DNA from: Halomicronema hongdechloris C2206
Lineage (GTDB): Bacteria; Cyanobacteriota; Cyanobacteriia; Phormidesmidales; Phormidesmidaceae
DNA: 32,000 nucleotides
Direction of reading: 5' to 3'
NCBI RefSeq assembly: GCF_002075285.3
Contig: NZ_CP021983.2
Location: 2,820,001 to 2,852,000 of the forward strand
Shown: in pieces, positions 15,540-24,373 of the stretch
How the letters are laid out: every line of letters begins with the position of its first letter
Numbering within the stretch: position 1 is the first letter of the stretch
Translations under genes and position numbers: made by a program
Notes under the pieces: generated by a model
The model's database searches: none
Told to the model about the DNA's origin: nothing
The model's input: the letters and a program-made list of their open reading frames with translations, nothing else

Positions 15540-17741
15540 ATGCAGGTGAACCCGGCCAGTGGTCGCGACGATCGCCCTGGTGGTCCCTATCAAACCCTAG
15601 CTCACGCCTTACAGCAGGCCACAGCCGGTACCCTAATCCAGTTGGCAGCCGGAACCTATAGCCAGGCCAGCGGCGAACGCTTTCCGCTGCTGGTCCCGGA
15701 CGGGGTGTTGCTATTGGGCGATGAATCCACCCAGGGCACCGCCATCGTCATCCACGGGGGAGGGCCTCACCACAGTCCTAGCCAGGGGGAGCAGACGGTC
15801 ACCTTGATCTTAGCGGGCAGCGCCCAGCTGCGAGGCGTGACGGTCACCAATCCCCGGGCAGGGGGTATCGGCCTCTGGATTGAGCAGGGGGCGCCCCTAG
15901 TCAGTCGCTGCCGGCTTCGCCAGTGTGGCCATGGGGGAGGCCAGATCTTGGCCCAGGCCCGGCCCACCATCGTCGATACCTTGATTGAGGCCAACGGGAC
16001 CGTCGGCCTGCAGTGGCAGGGGCACGCCAAAGGAGAGGTCCAGCGCTGCCAATGTCGCCAAAGCGGTCAGGCCCTGAGCATTTTAGGGGCGGCGGCTCCC
16101 TTGCTAAGCGCCCTGCACTGTAGCGGCAATCGAGTCGGCTGCCGCATCGGGGCTACGGCTCGGCCAGTGTTGCGGCAGACTCGGCTAGATAACAATGAGA
16201 TTGGACTGTGGGTAGACGCAGAGGCCCTGCCGGATTTGGGCCATCCCCAAGATGACGGCGGTAATGTCTGGCGGCACAATCGCCAGGCTGATCTACGCAA
16301 TGACACGGCCCGTCGCTTGCAATCGGTGGGCAATGACGTGGTACCGCAGGGACTGGTGGGAGCCGTGGCTCTGGTGGCCAGCCAACGGCCTGACCCGGTG
16401 GCAGTGCCGCCTCCCTTAGGCCAGGCCCCCCCAACCCCTGACTCGCCCCCTGCGTCCCCAGCGCCACCTCCGGCAACCCCATCGCCCCAGGGCAGCCGCT
16501 TCCGTGATATGGCTGGCCACTGGGCCGCCCCCTTTGTGGAGGGTCTGGCCCAGCGCGGGCTGGTGAAGGGTTTTATCGATGGTCGCTTTCGGCCTGACCA
16601 GCAGGTGACCCGGGCCCAGTTTGCCGCCCTGACCGTGGCCAGCTTTGCTAACAATGCCACCACGACGAGGAAGACATCGGCTCCATTTCAGGATCTGCCG
16701 CCGCAGCACTGGGCAGCCGCTGCGATCGCAACGGCCCAAGACCAGGGATTTCTCAGTGGCTATCCCGATGGCACTGTGCGCCCAGATCAACCCATGACCC
16801 GAGTGCAGGCCCTGGTGGCCCTGGCTAACGGCCTAGGGCTGCCCTCAACGGCAATTCCCGTGACCTACCGCGATCGGGCCCAGATCCCCAGCTATGCGGT
16901 AGGCCCCGTAGCCGCCGCCACCCAACAAGGGCTAGTGGTCAACTATCCCCATCCCCAAGAATTGCGCCCCATGGCCCCCATCACCTCGGCCGAAGTAGCG
17001 GCCTTGGTGTATCAGGGATTAGTCAACCAGGGCCAGGCGACGGTAATGACCTCCCCCTACGTGGTGGCGGCGACAGCAGACTGGCCCCGCTTTACCGATG
17101 TGGCACATCACTGGGCCGCCGCCTTCATTGAGCCCTTGGCCGATCGGGGATTGATCCAAGGCTATGCCGATGGCCGCTTTCAACCGGATCAGCCTATGAC
17201 TCGGGCCCAGTTTGCCGCCATGCTGACCCAGGCCTTCCACCCAATCTCCCCAGCAACCGCCAGGGGATTTCCGGGACGTGCCCCCCGACTTCTGGGCGCT
17301 GACGCCATTCAGACGGCCTATCGGGCTGGATTCATGGCCGGATTTCCCGACCATACCTTCGGCCCCAACCATCCTCTGTTGCGGGTGCAAGTACTGGTGT
17401 CTCTGGTGAATGGCCTATTTTCTGCCGCTGCGACTGCCGATAGCCAACAGTGGCAACACTACCAAGATGCCGACGCGATTCCGGCCTATGCCCGCCAAGC
17501 CATCGCCCAGGCCACCGGCTTAGGACTGGTGGTCACCCATTCCCGATCCACAGCGATGCCACCCCAACCGCGTTGCCAGCCGGGCCGAGGTGGCCGCCAT
17601 GGTGCATCAAGCCCTGGTAGCCCAGGAGCGCCTGGCCCCGGTGGCGTCTCCTTATATTGTCACAGCCACTGGCGGCGGAGAATAGGGGAGAGATGGGCTT
17701 ACCGAGTTGTCGGTGGTGTTCGCGTTTCGCAAGCGACATGA
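15540..17741 (+). CDS. DUF1565 (beta-helix) protein with six SLH-type repeats; contains frameshifts near the 3' end
   Basis: Seen: MQVNPASGRDDRPGGPYQTLAHALQQA.. is a DUF1565-type N-terminus. A Pro-rich linker follows, then repeated F(R/Q/T)D..HWAA.F...L..RGL..G..DG.F.PDQ.MTRAQFAA blocks (SLH). The authentic C-terminus NRVASRAEVAAMVHQALVAQERLAPVASPYIVTATGGGE is in another frame and stops at 17683-17685. The start is uncertain (the ORF is open from 15450; GTG 15516 follows a GGAGG). Confidence 0.8.
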   Translation: MQVNPASGRDDRPGGPYQTLAHALQQATAGTLIQLAAGTYSQASGERFPLLVPDGVLLLGDESTQGTAIVIHGGGPHHSPSQGEQTVTLILAGSAQLRGVTVTNPRAGGIGLWIEQGAPLVSRCRLRQCGHGGGQILAQARPTIVDTLIEANGTVGLQWQGHAKGEVQRCQCRQSGQALSILGAAAPLLSALHCSGNRVGCRIGATARPVLRQTRLDNNEIGLWVDAEALPDLGHPQDDGGNVWRHNRQADLRNDTARRLQSVGNDVVPQGLVGAVALVASQRPDPVAVPPPLGQAPPTPDSPPASPAPPPATPSPQGSRFRDMAGHWAAPFVEGLAQRGLVKGFIDGRFRPDQQVTRAQFAALTVASFANNATTTRKTSAPFQDLPPQHWAAAAIATAQDQGFLSGYPDGTVRPDQPMTRVQALVALANGLGLPSTAIPVTYRDRAQIPSYAVGPVAAATQQGLVVNYPHPQELRPMAPITSAEVAALVYQGLVNQGQATVMTSPYVVAATADWPRFTDVAHHWAAAFIEPLADRGLIQGYADGRFQPDQPMTRAQFAAMLTQAFHPISPATARGFPGRAPRLLGADAIQTAYRAGFMAGFPDHTFGPNHPLLRVQVLVSLVNGLFSAAATADSQQWQHYQDADAIPAYARQAIAQATGLGLVVTHSRSTAMPPQPRCQPGRGGRHGASSPGSPGAPGPGGVSLYCHSHWRRRIGERWAYRVVGGVRVSQAT

Positions 17742-18083
17742 AACGGGAAGCGAGTGCTTTGCACTCAGCGGCTCCGCAGGAGCAACGTAGTCGAATCACC
17801 GCCCTGGATTCCCTTGGACGGGCTTGTTGGTGAGTAGTCATAGACCTCGGTAAGACCACGCTTAGTTCTGTAGCTCGAGGGGCTCACCCGGGGGAATTTC
17901 GCTTCCCCCGACCCCTACGACCAGGGCAAACCGCTGCCCTGGACCCGCGGAAGGGCATATCGGTGAGTCGTGATAGTTTTCTGCATTGGGCGCGGCAACC
18001 GCGCCCCTACCCTGTCCCCTTACCCTCTATCCGCTATCGGCCTACTCGCCCGCCCATCCACCGTTTGACAGGGAGCCAAAACA

Positions 18084-18232
18084 TTCACTCACTCAACACT
18101 CAACACTCAACACTCATCAACCCGTGGGGTCTTCCTTCTCGTCACTCGTCACCCATCACCCCATCACCCATCACCCCATCACTCATCACCCATCACCCAT
18201 CACCCCATCACCCATCACCCCATCACCCATCA
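18084..18232. repeat. STRR-like heptamer/octamer arrays
   Basis: Seen: (ACTCAAC)x3 plus a variant lie at 18091-18118. Alternating CACCCAT / CACCCCAT units run across 18150-18232. Confidence 0.9.
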
Positions 18233-18401
18233 CTCTTCCCTCCTCCCCCTCTCCTGAAATCGTTGATTCGGCTCTATAAGATGAGATAATTAATGCTTAA
18301 ACTTGCCTCAGTTCAGTTCTGGAGTTTCTCTTGGGTAGCATGACCAATCCTGGGCTGGACTGGGCATTGATTTGTTACGTCAGTATAGGAACCAGATTGG
18401 C

Positions 18402-18737
18402 ATGGCTGAGATTCAATTTGCTCGTGGGATCAAGGAAGAGGCGGTGCCTGATGTCCGCATGACTCGCTCGCCGGATGGCACCAATGGCACAGCTACCTTC
18501 TATTTTGATCATCCCAAGGCCCTGTCTGTGGAGGAAGGGGTTGAGGTCACGGGCATGTACCTGATCGATGAAGAAGGGGAACTGGTAAGCCGTGAGGTCA
18601 ATGCCAGGTTTGTCAATGGCGAACCCACGGGAATTGAGGCTACTTACATCATCAGAAGTTTAGAAGAGTGGGATCGGTTTATGCGGTTTATGAATCGCTA
18701 TGCCGAGGAGAATGGCCTGGGCTTCACCAAGAGTTAG
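18402..18737 (+). CDS. psb28: Photosystem II assembly protein Psb28
   Basis: Seen: [41 protein letters not shown]...[62 protein letters not shown]. Known: this is the Psb28 signature over its whole length. Confidence 0.93.
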   Translation: MAEIQFARGIKEEAVPDVRMTRSPDGTNGTATFYFDHPKALSVEEGVEVTGMYLIDEEGELVSREVNARFVNGEPTGIEATYIIRSLEEWDRFMRFMNRYAEENGLGFTKS

Positions 18738-18753
18738 GATGCTCTAGAGAGCG

Positions 18754-19251
18754 ATGGTGCCTCTGTCTGAGGCTGGCCAGCCCCGTTCGGTTGGATGTGG
18801 GGTGATTACCGCCAGTGATACCCGCACCCCAGAGACCGACAGCAGTGGCCAGCTGATTCAAGACCGGTTGACCACGGCGGGTCACCGGGTGGGGAGCTAT
18901 CATCTGGTGGCGGATGAGCCAGAGCAGATTCGCCCCTTGGTGCTCTCGTTGGCCCAGCGCCCTGACCTGCAGGTGCTGATCATTACGGGGGGGACTGGCA
19001 TTGCCCCGCGCGATGTTACCTATGATGCGATCGCAACGTTGATCACCAAGACCCTGCCAGGCTTCGGCGAACTGTTTCGCTATCTCAGCTACCTAGAGAT
19101 TGGCTCCCGGGCCATGGCCTCCCGGGCGGTGGCGGGGGTGTGTGAGAACACCCTCATCTTTTCGTTGCCGGGGTCTACCAAGGCGGTGCGGCTAGCCATG
19201 GATGAGCTGATTCTGCCGGAACTGAGGCACCTGACCTCCCTGTTGCAGTGA
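18754..19251 (+). CDS. moaB: Molybdenum cofactor biosynthesis protein B (MoaB/MogA family)
   Basis: Seen: VITASDTRT...SG..I...L...GH.V....LV.DE...I...........DLQVLIITGGTGIAPRDVTYDAI......TLPGFGELFR.LSY.EIGSRAMASRAVAGV..NTLIFSLPGSTKAV. Known: this is the MoaB/MogA fold signature. Confidence 0.85.
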   Translation: MVPLSEAGQPRSVGCGVITASDTRTPETDSSGQLIQDRLTTAGHRVGSYHLVADEPEQIRPLVLSLAQRPDLQVLIITGGTGIAPRDVTYDAIATLITKTLPGFGELFRYLSYLEIGSRAMASRAVAGVCENTLIFSLPGSTKAVRLAMDELILPELRHLTSLLQ

Positions 19252-19255
19252 CGGC

Positions 19256-20206
19256 TTAACTCAGCTGGGCAAACCGGTCTGTGGCATCCACCAGGGCACT
19301 GAGAATGCCCGCTTCGGTGGCTGAGTGGCCCGCATTGGGCACCACTATGAAATCTGCCTCTGGCCAGGCTCGGTGGAGTTCCCAGGCCGTGATCATGGGG
19401 CACACCACATCATAGCGGCCTTGCACAATTACCCCGGGAATGGCGCGAATCTGGTCCACCTGACGCAGCAGCTGATCCGGCGGCTCAAAGAAGCCGCCAT
19501 GGATGAAGTAATGACACTCGATGCGGGCGAAGGCGACAGCAAACTCGTCCTGGCTGAATTTCTCCATGAGGCTGGCGTCTGGGAGCAACTTGCTGGTACT
19601 GGCTTCCCAGACCGACCAGGCTCGAGCCGCGGCCTGACAGATGGCCGGGTCGGGGTTGGTGAGGCGACGATAGTAGGCCCCGACTAGGTCGTGCCGTTCC
19701 TCTGGGGGAATTGGGGCCAGATACTGTTCCCAAGCATCGGGAAAGAGATGGTTAGCACCGGCTTGATAGAACCAGCGGATCTCCTGGGGCCTGAGGGTAA
19801 AAATGCCTCGCAAAATCAGGCCCCTGCAGCGATCGGGATGGCTCTGGGCATAGGCCAAAGCCAGGGTACTGCCCCAACTGCCGCCAAAGACGATCCAGCG
19901 GTCGATGCCTAGATGCGATCGCAACCGCTCAATATCCGCCACTAAATGCCAGGTGGTATTCTCAGTCAGCTCGGCATGGGGCGTACTCTGCCCACAGCCT
20001 CGCTGGTCAAACAGCACGATGCGCCACTGATGAGGATCAAAGAACTGTCGATAAATGGCTTGCGTACCGCCTCCGGGGCCCCCATGCAAAAACACCACAG
20101 GCTGCCCCTCCGGACAGCCCGATTCTTCAAAATAAAGGGTATGCAGATCAGAAACCGGTAGATACCCCTGATAGTAGGGATCAAGCGCGGGATACAGTTG
20201 GCGCAT
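19256..20206 (-). CDS. pip: Prolyl aminopeptidase (proline iminopeptidase)
   Basis: Seen: MRQLYPALDPYYQGYLPVSDLHTLYFEESGCPEGQPVVFLHGGPGGG...FDQRGCGQSTPHA...NTTWHLVADIERLRSHLGIDRWIVFGGSWGSTLALAYAQSHP. Known: these are Pip family hallmarks, including the GGSWG nucleophile elbow. Confidence 0.92.
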   Translation of the reverse strand: MRQLYPALDPYYQGYLPVSDLHTLYFEESGCPEGQPVVFLHGGPGGGTQAIYRQFFDPHQWRIVLFDQRGCGQSTPHAELTENTTWHLVADIERLRSHLGIDRWIVFGGSWGSTLALAYAQSHPDRCRGLILRGIFTLRPQEIRWFYQAGANHLFPDAWEQYLAPIPPEERHDLVGAYYRRLTNPDPAICQAAARAWSVWEASTSKLLPDASLMEKFSQDEFAVAFARIECHYFIHGGFFEPPDQLLRQVDQIRAIPGVIVQGRYDVVCPMITAWELHRAWPEADFIVVPNAGHSATEAGILSALVDATDRFAQLS

Positions 20207-21022
20207 AACGACAAACGACGGACCATAAAGCTATTGCCATTGTGCCAGGTCTAGGGGATCGGTCCTACACCCAGGCCAGTCTGAGATCGATCACCTTGCT
20301 CTCAGAGCCCTCTAAATCTAGACTTGGACGAGCCTAATCTTCCTCAGACTCAAGTGTCTGCAGCTGCTGGGCTCCCCCTAGACAGCCGCAAGATGGCACT
20401 AGGCAACAGACTTTACCACATGCCAACGTCCTGTCTCGGGATCGCGATAGGTGACAAAGGGGTTGAGCCGCAGCGGCTTACTACAGGGTTTCGCCATGGA
20501 TAGAGTGCTGTGCAAAGAATACATTCATCCTAAACAGTGGCCCCACCCGATAGCGTGACCTATCGCAGCAGTGAATTGTGACTTCCCTAGATAGGTATTC
20601 GTGATCACACTCACACAGGGACGCGTCCAACCTCAGCCCCGGATTTCCTCAGGGATCAATGAAGGAAATGTAAAGTACTCGGGGCCAGTTGATAAAGTTC
20701 TGACCAAGTCTCCGTATTCACACCAGCTTTAAAGTTCACTTTACCGCCATTTAATGTCGACTTGGGAGATTACCCCTAGATCACAGGCTGGGTAGCTCTG
20801 TCTCAGAAGCTCCTTGCCGGTTATATCGGCTCCAGGCTTAACGGTATCCCATCCGGTCTCAGGGCTTTAGAGTCTAGGGTTTTCCGTAGGCTAAGTAGTC
20901 GATGCTACCGGGTTCATCTTTTCAGGCAGCTTCTGCATGGGTTCACCCCGAAAGCATCTCTGCTGAGTTACGGACTGACTCGACAGCTATCCAGCTCATT
21001 CAGCGTTCTAAGAGGAACATAC

Positions 21023-22915
21023 ATGTCTTGTATTCGCTCCTATTTGAAAGGTGGACTCGCGGGGCTCATGGTCGCTCTCGTCAGCGCCGGTCCTGCTCAA
21101 GCCGTCACCTTCGACCTGACTATTCTGCACAATAACGACGGTGAGTCTGATATCTTTGGCAGTCAGAGTAACCCTGATTTTGGCGGCGCCGCTGAGTTTA
21201 CTACCTTGGTCAAAGGTATTCAAAGTAGCGGCGGTAATGTTCTCACCCTATCCAGTGGGGATAACTTTCTGCCTGGACCTGAGTTCGATGCGAGCCTGGC
21301 CGATGGCATTTTCTACGACGCGCTACTGCTGAATGAAATCGGTTATGACGCGATTGCGATTGGTAACCATGAGTTTGACTCTGGCCCTGGTATCCTGGGC
21401 GATTTGATTCAGGCCTATAACGATGCTGGGGGAACAGCCCCGTTCTTGAGTGCCAACTTGGACTTCAGTAGTGAGCCAGCGCTCTCTGGTCTGGCTGCAG
21501 ATGGCAAAATTGCCAGCAGCACCATTGTCGAGAAAGGTGGCCAACAAATCGGCATTGTTGGAGCCACGACGCCCAACCTATCTTTCATTTCGAGTCCTGG
21601 AGCCGTTGGCGTTCAGGATCCCGCTGCCCCTGTTCAAGCTGAGATTGATGCCCTGACGGCTGCAGGAGTAGACAATATTATCTTCATCAGTCACCTGCAA
21701 GGAGTTGATGAAGACAGAGAGTTAATCGCCAAGCTAGAAGGTATCGACGTTGCCATCGCCGGGGGGGGTGATGAACTCCTGGCTAATCCAGGTGACGAAC
21801 TCATCCCAGGAGATACTGCCGCCGATTCGTATCCCATCTTCTCTGAGGATAAAACCGGGAAAGCAATTCCCATCGTTACCACAGCGGGAGGCTATAACTA
21901 CCTCGGGCGCCTGGATGTGACCTTTGAAGACGGTGACGTGATTACCGTGAATGGGGGACCTATCCGCGTCGCTGGCGGTAGTCAGCCGGATGCCGTTGCC
22001 CCAGATCCAACGGTGCAATCCAATGTGGTCGAACCGGTGCAAGCGTTTGTGGATAGCCTCGACCAGACCATCGTTGGCACCTCGGAGGTGGAAATTCAAG
22101 GGGGACGCGATATCTTCCGGGCCCGGGAAGCGAATGTTGGTAACTTGCTGGCGGATGCCATATTAACTAGTGCCCAGCAACTCTCTAGCAACTTCGGCAT
22201 TGAGAATGTTGATATTGCCCTAACCAATGGCGGCGGTATCCGCAACGAAGATCCGATCCCTGCCGGAGACATCTCCCGGGCCGACACCAAGTCAATTGCC
22301 CAGTTTTCCAACTTTGTCACGGTGATTGAAGATGTCAAAGCTGGCAAGTTGAAGGAAATTCTTGAGAATGCTGTGTCCCGTATCGAGCTGGATGCCGATG
22401 GTAACCCGGTTCGCTCTGGCGAGGGCACCGGTCGCTTTGCCCAGATCGCTGGCTTTAGCTTCGAGTACAATCCGACGCTGACGGCAGCCCAAGTGGAAGG
22501 CGAAGGATTAAACGTTACCACCGTCGTTGATGGTGAGCGCATTCAGACGATCATCCTCAATGATGGGACCGTGCTGGTAGAAGCGGGACGAGTGGTCACC
22601 GATGCTACGGTTGACATTGCTACAGTTGACTTTCTAGCCCGCGGCGGCGACCAATATCCCTTCAATCGCAGCGACTTTACGTCTCTAGGGGTGACTTACG
22701 AACAAGCCCTGGCTGACTACATCAGCAATGAGTTAAACGGCTTGATCTCTGCGGGCGATCCTCGCTATCAGCCTGATGGTGAAGGTCGCATCACGCTGAC
22801 CGATGCTGTCCCCAGCCAGGATCCGGCCTCGGTGCCGGAACCGGGCACGGTGCTAGGGCTAATGGCTCTGGCTGGCCTCGGGGCAGGGACGCTACGGCGG
22901 CGGCAAACCGCCTAA
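21023..22915 (+). CDS. Secreted bifunctional metallophosphatase/5'-nucleotidase with PEP-CTERM anchor
   Basis: Seen: the signal peptide MSCIRSYLKGGLAGLMVALVSAGPAQA. Metallophosphatase motifs are present (ILHNNDGES, GDNFLPGP, GNHEFD), followed by a 5'-nucleotidase C-terminal domain. The C-terminus VPEPGTVLGLMALAGLGAGTLRRRQTA is the PEP + TM + Arg-cluster sorting signal. An AAGAGGA RBS precedes the ATG. Confidence 0.88.
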   Translation: MSCIRSYLKGGLAGLMVALVSAGPAQAVTFDLTILHNNDGESDIFGSQSNPDFGGAAEFTTLVKGIQSSGGNVLTLSSGDNFLPGPEFDASLADGIFYDALLLNEIGYDAIAIGNHEFDSGPGILGDLIQAYNDAGGTAPFLSANLDFSSEPALSGLAADGKIASSTIVEKGGQQIGIVGATTPNLSFISSPGAVGVQDPAAPVQAEIDALTAAGVDNIIFISHLQGVDEDRELIAKLEGIDVAIAGGGDELLANPGDELIPGDTAADSYPIFSEDKTGKAIPIVTTAGGYNYLGRLDVTFEDGDVITVNGGPIRVAGGSQPDAVAPDPTVQSNVVEPVQAFVDSLDQTIVGTSEVEIQGGRDIFRAREANVGNLLADAILTSAQQLSSNFGIENVDIALTNGGGIRNEDPIPAGDISRADTKSIAQFSNFVTVIEDVKAGKLKEILENAVSRIELDADGNPVRSGEGTGRFAQIAGFSFEYNPTLTAAQVEGEGLNVTTVVDGERIQTIILNDGTVLVEAGRVVTDATVDIATVDFLARGGDQYPFNRSDFTSLGVTYEQALADYISNELNGLISAGDPRYQPDGEGRITLTDAVPSQDPASVPEPGTVLGLMALAGLGAGTLRRRQTA

Positions 22916-22923
22916 CCATGCTC

Positions 22924-22947
22924 GGGGGCGCGAGATCTCGCGTCCCC
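22924..22947. terminator. GC-rich hairpin between convergent genes (candidate bidirectional terminator)
   Basis: Seen: GGGGGCGCGAG-ATCT-CGCGTCCCC is a stem of about 10 bp with one G-U pair. It lies between the 5'-nucleotidase stop (22915) and the kinase stop (22948). It lacks a clear U-tract, hence the low confidence. Confidence 0.3.
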
Positions 22948-24312
22948 TTAGCGCGGGCTGGCCATGGGCAACCAGACGGTGACGGTGGTGCCTTTATCGA
23001 CCACACTGTCGATCTGAATCTGACCTTTGTGGTTCTGCACGATCACCTGGGCAATGGCTAGGCCCAAGCCGGAGCTGCCGGTGCGATGGCCCTTCGGGGC
23101 CGGTCTTTGACCATCGCAAGGTTTAGCGCGGGCCGGGTCAACCCGGTAAAACCGGTCGAACACATGGGTTAGGGCCGCGGCCGGAATGCCGATGCCACTG
23201 TCACAGATGCGTACCTGCCAGTAACTGTGGCCCTGATGCTTGTCAGGACTCAGGGTCACAGTTACCGTGCCGGCAGCTGGGGTGTATTGCAGGCTATTGC
23301 TAATCAAGTTAGTGAACAGCCGCGTGATCTGGTCGGGGTCACCCATGATGGTAGCCTCGGCGTCGAGGATGGTGGCCGGGGGCTGATAGCTCAAGTGCAG
23401 GGTTTGGTCTTGGGCAATGGCCTGCTGCTCTTCGATGACGTCGGCCAGCAGGTGGTTGAGGTCAAACGCTTGCCATTGCATCGCGGTCAATCCACCGTCT
23501 TGACGGGCCAAAAACAGCAGATCGTCCACCAATCGTCCCAAGCGCCGGGTCAAGCGCTCGATCACCTGCAGTTGCCCCTGCTGGGCCTGGGGGTTGGGGT
23601 TGGGGTCGGCCAGGGCCACCTGGACATTGGTCTGGATGACGGCGATGGGATTGCGCAATTCGTGGGAGGCGTCGGCGGTGAACTGCTTCAATTGCTGATA
23701 GGAATCCCGCACTGGTGCGATCGCAAGGCCCGACAACAGCCAGCCAATGGCAGCCACCGCGCCTACGGTAACGCAGATCCCCAGACTCAGATCCGCCAGC
23801 AACCGCCGGGTGGGCTTGGTTACCTCAAACCAGGGGTGACTGACCCGCAGATACCCCACCACCTGATTGCCCGCCTGCACCCGGCGAGTAATCTGACGCA
23901 GCACCTGTTCCTCGGTAACAGACACCGTCTCCCCAGCTGGATTCACATGTAGAGGAATCGGCAGGGGCTCAGACAGGGTAGACCAGAGCAGCGTTCCCTG
24001 GGGGCTAAACCACTCCAAGTCAATGTGGTCATCCTCCGCTGCTTGGGCGTTGTCGCGAAAACTGGCCTCCACATTCACCCGCAGGGAGGGACCAGTAGCG
24101 GTAGGAGTCGTCAGCACCCGGGCCTCTACCGAGCCGGGCTCAATCACCAGAGACCGTTGCACCACCTCCAACACGTGGTTGAGGGTGTCATCCACCCGCT
24201 CTACCAAGGTGGTGCGCACATAGAGATAAAACCCGCTGGCAAAGCACAACAACAGTACCGCCGTCACACTGGTGTACCAGAGGGCTAACCGACAGCGAGT
24301 CGCCTGAAACAT
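22948..24312 (-). CDS. Sensor histidine kinase (two TM segments, HisKA + HATPase_c)
   Basis: Seen: the start ATG at 24310-24312 is preceded by GGAGGGAA. The product starts MFQATRCRLALWYTSVTAVLLLCFASGFYLY. The H-box is FTADASHELRNPIAVIQTNVQVAL. The N/G boxes are LISNSLQYT, DSGIGIP and GSSGLGLAIAQVIV. No response regulator gene is adjacent. Confidence 0.88.
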   Translation of the reverse strand: MFQATRCRLALWYTSVTAVLLLCFASGFYLYVRTTLVERVDDTLNHVLEVVQRSLVIEPGSVEARVLTTPTATGPSLRVNVEASFRDNAQAAEDDHIDLEWFSPQGTLLWSTLSEPLPIPLHVNPAGETVSVTEEQVLRQITRRVQAGNQVVGYLRVSHPWFEVTKPTRRLLADLSLGICVTVGAVAAIGWLLSGLAIAPVRDSYQQLKQFTADASHELRNPIAVIQTNVQVALADPNPNPQAQQGQLQVIERLTRRLGRLVDDLLFLARQDGGLTAMQWQAFDLNHLLADVIEEQQAIAQDQTLHLSYQPPATILDAEATIMGDPDQITRLFTNLISNSLQYTPAAGTVTVTLSPDKHQGHSYWQVRICDSGIGIPAAALTHVFDRFYRVDPARAKPCDGQRPAPKGHRTGSSGLGLAIAQVIVQNHKGQIQIDSVVDKGTTVTVWLPMASPR

Positions 24313-24373
24313 TTCCCTCCACTGCAGTGCTCCCAGAGTCATTCTAGCTAGGGGCGGCTGCGAGCCAGCTATA

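Noticed and set aside
20270-20310. CTGAGATCGATCACCTTGCTCTCAGAG looked briefly like a TPP-riboswitch CUGAGA core
   Set aside because: The other conserved TPP elements (ACCUGAUCUGGAUAAUGCCAGCG-type helix) are absent, and the flanking gene (pip) is not thiamine-related.
23227-23952. 241-aa plus-strand ORF antisense to the histidine kinase. Similar antisense or off-frame ORFs lie inside pyrG, cas1, the SLH gene (for example 16067-16663) and the GH15 gene
   Set aside because: These are typical shadow ORFs of GC-rich genes, with low-complexity Gly/Arg/Pro-rich translations. The opposite-strand genes have unambiguous family signatures.
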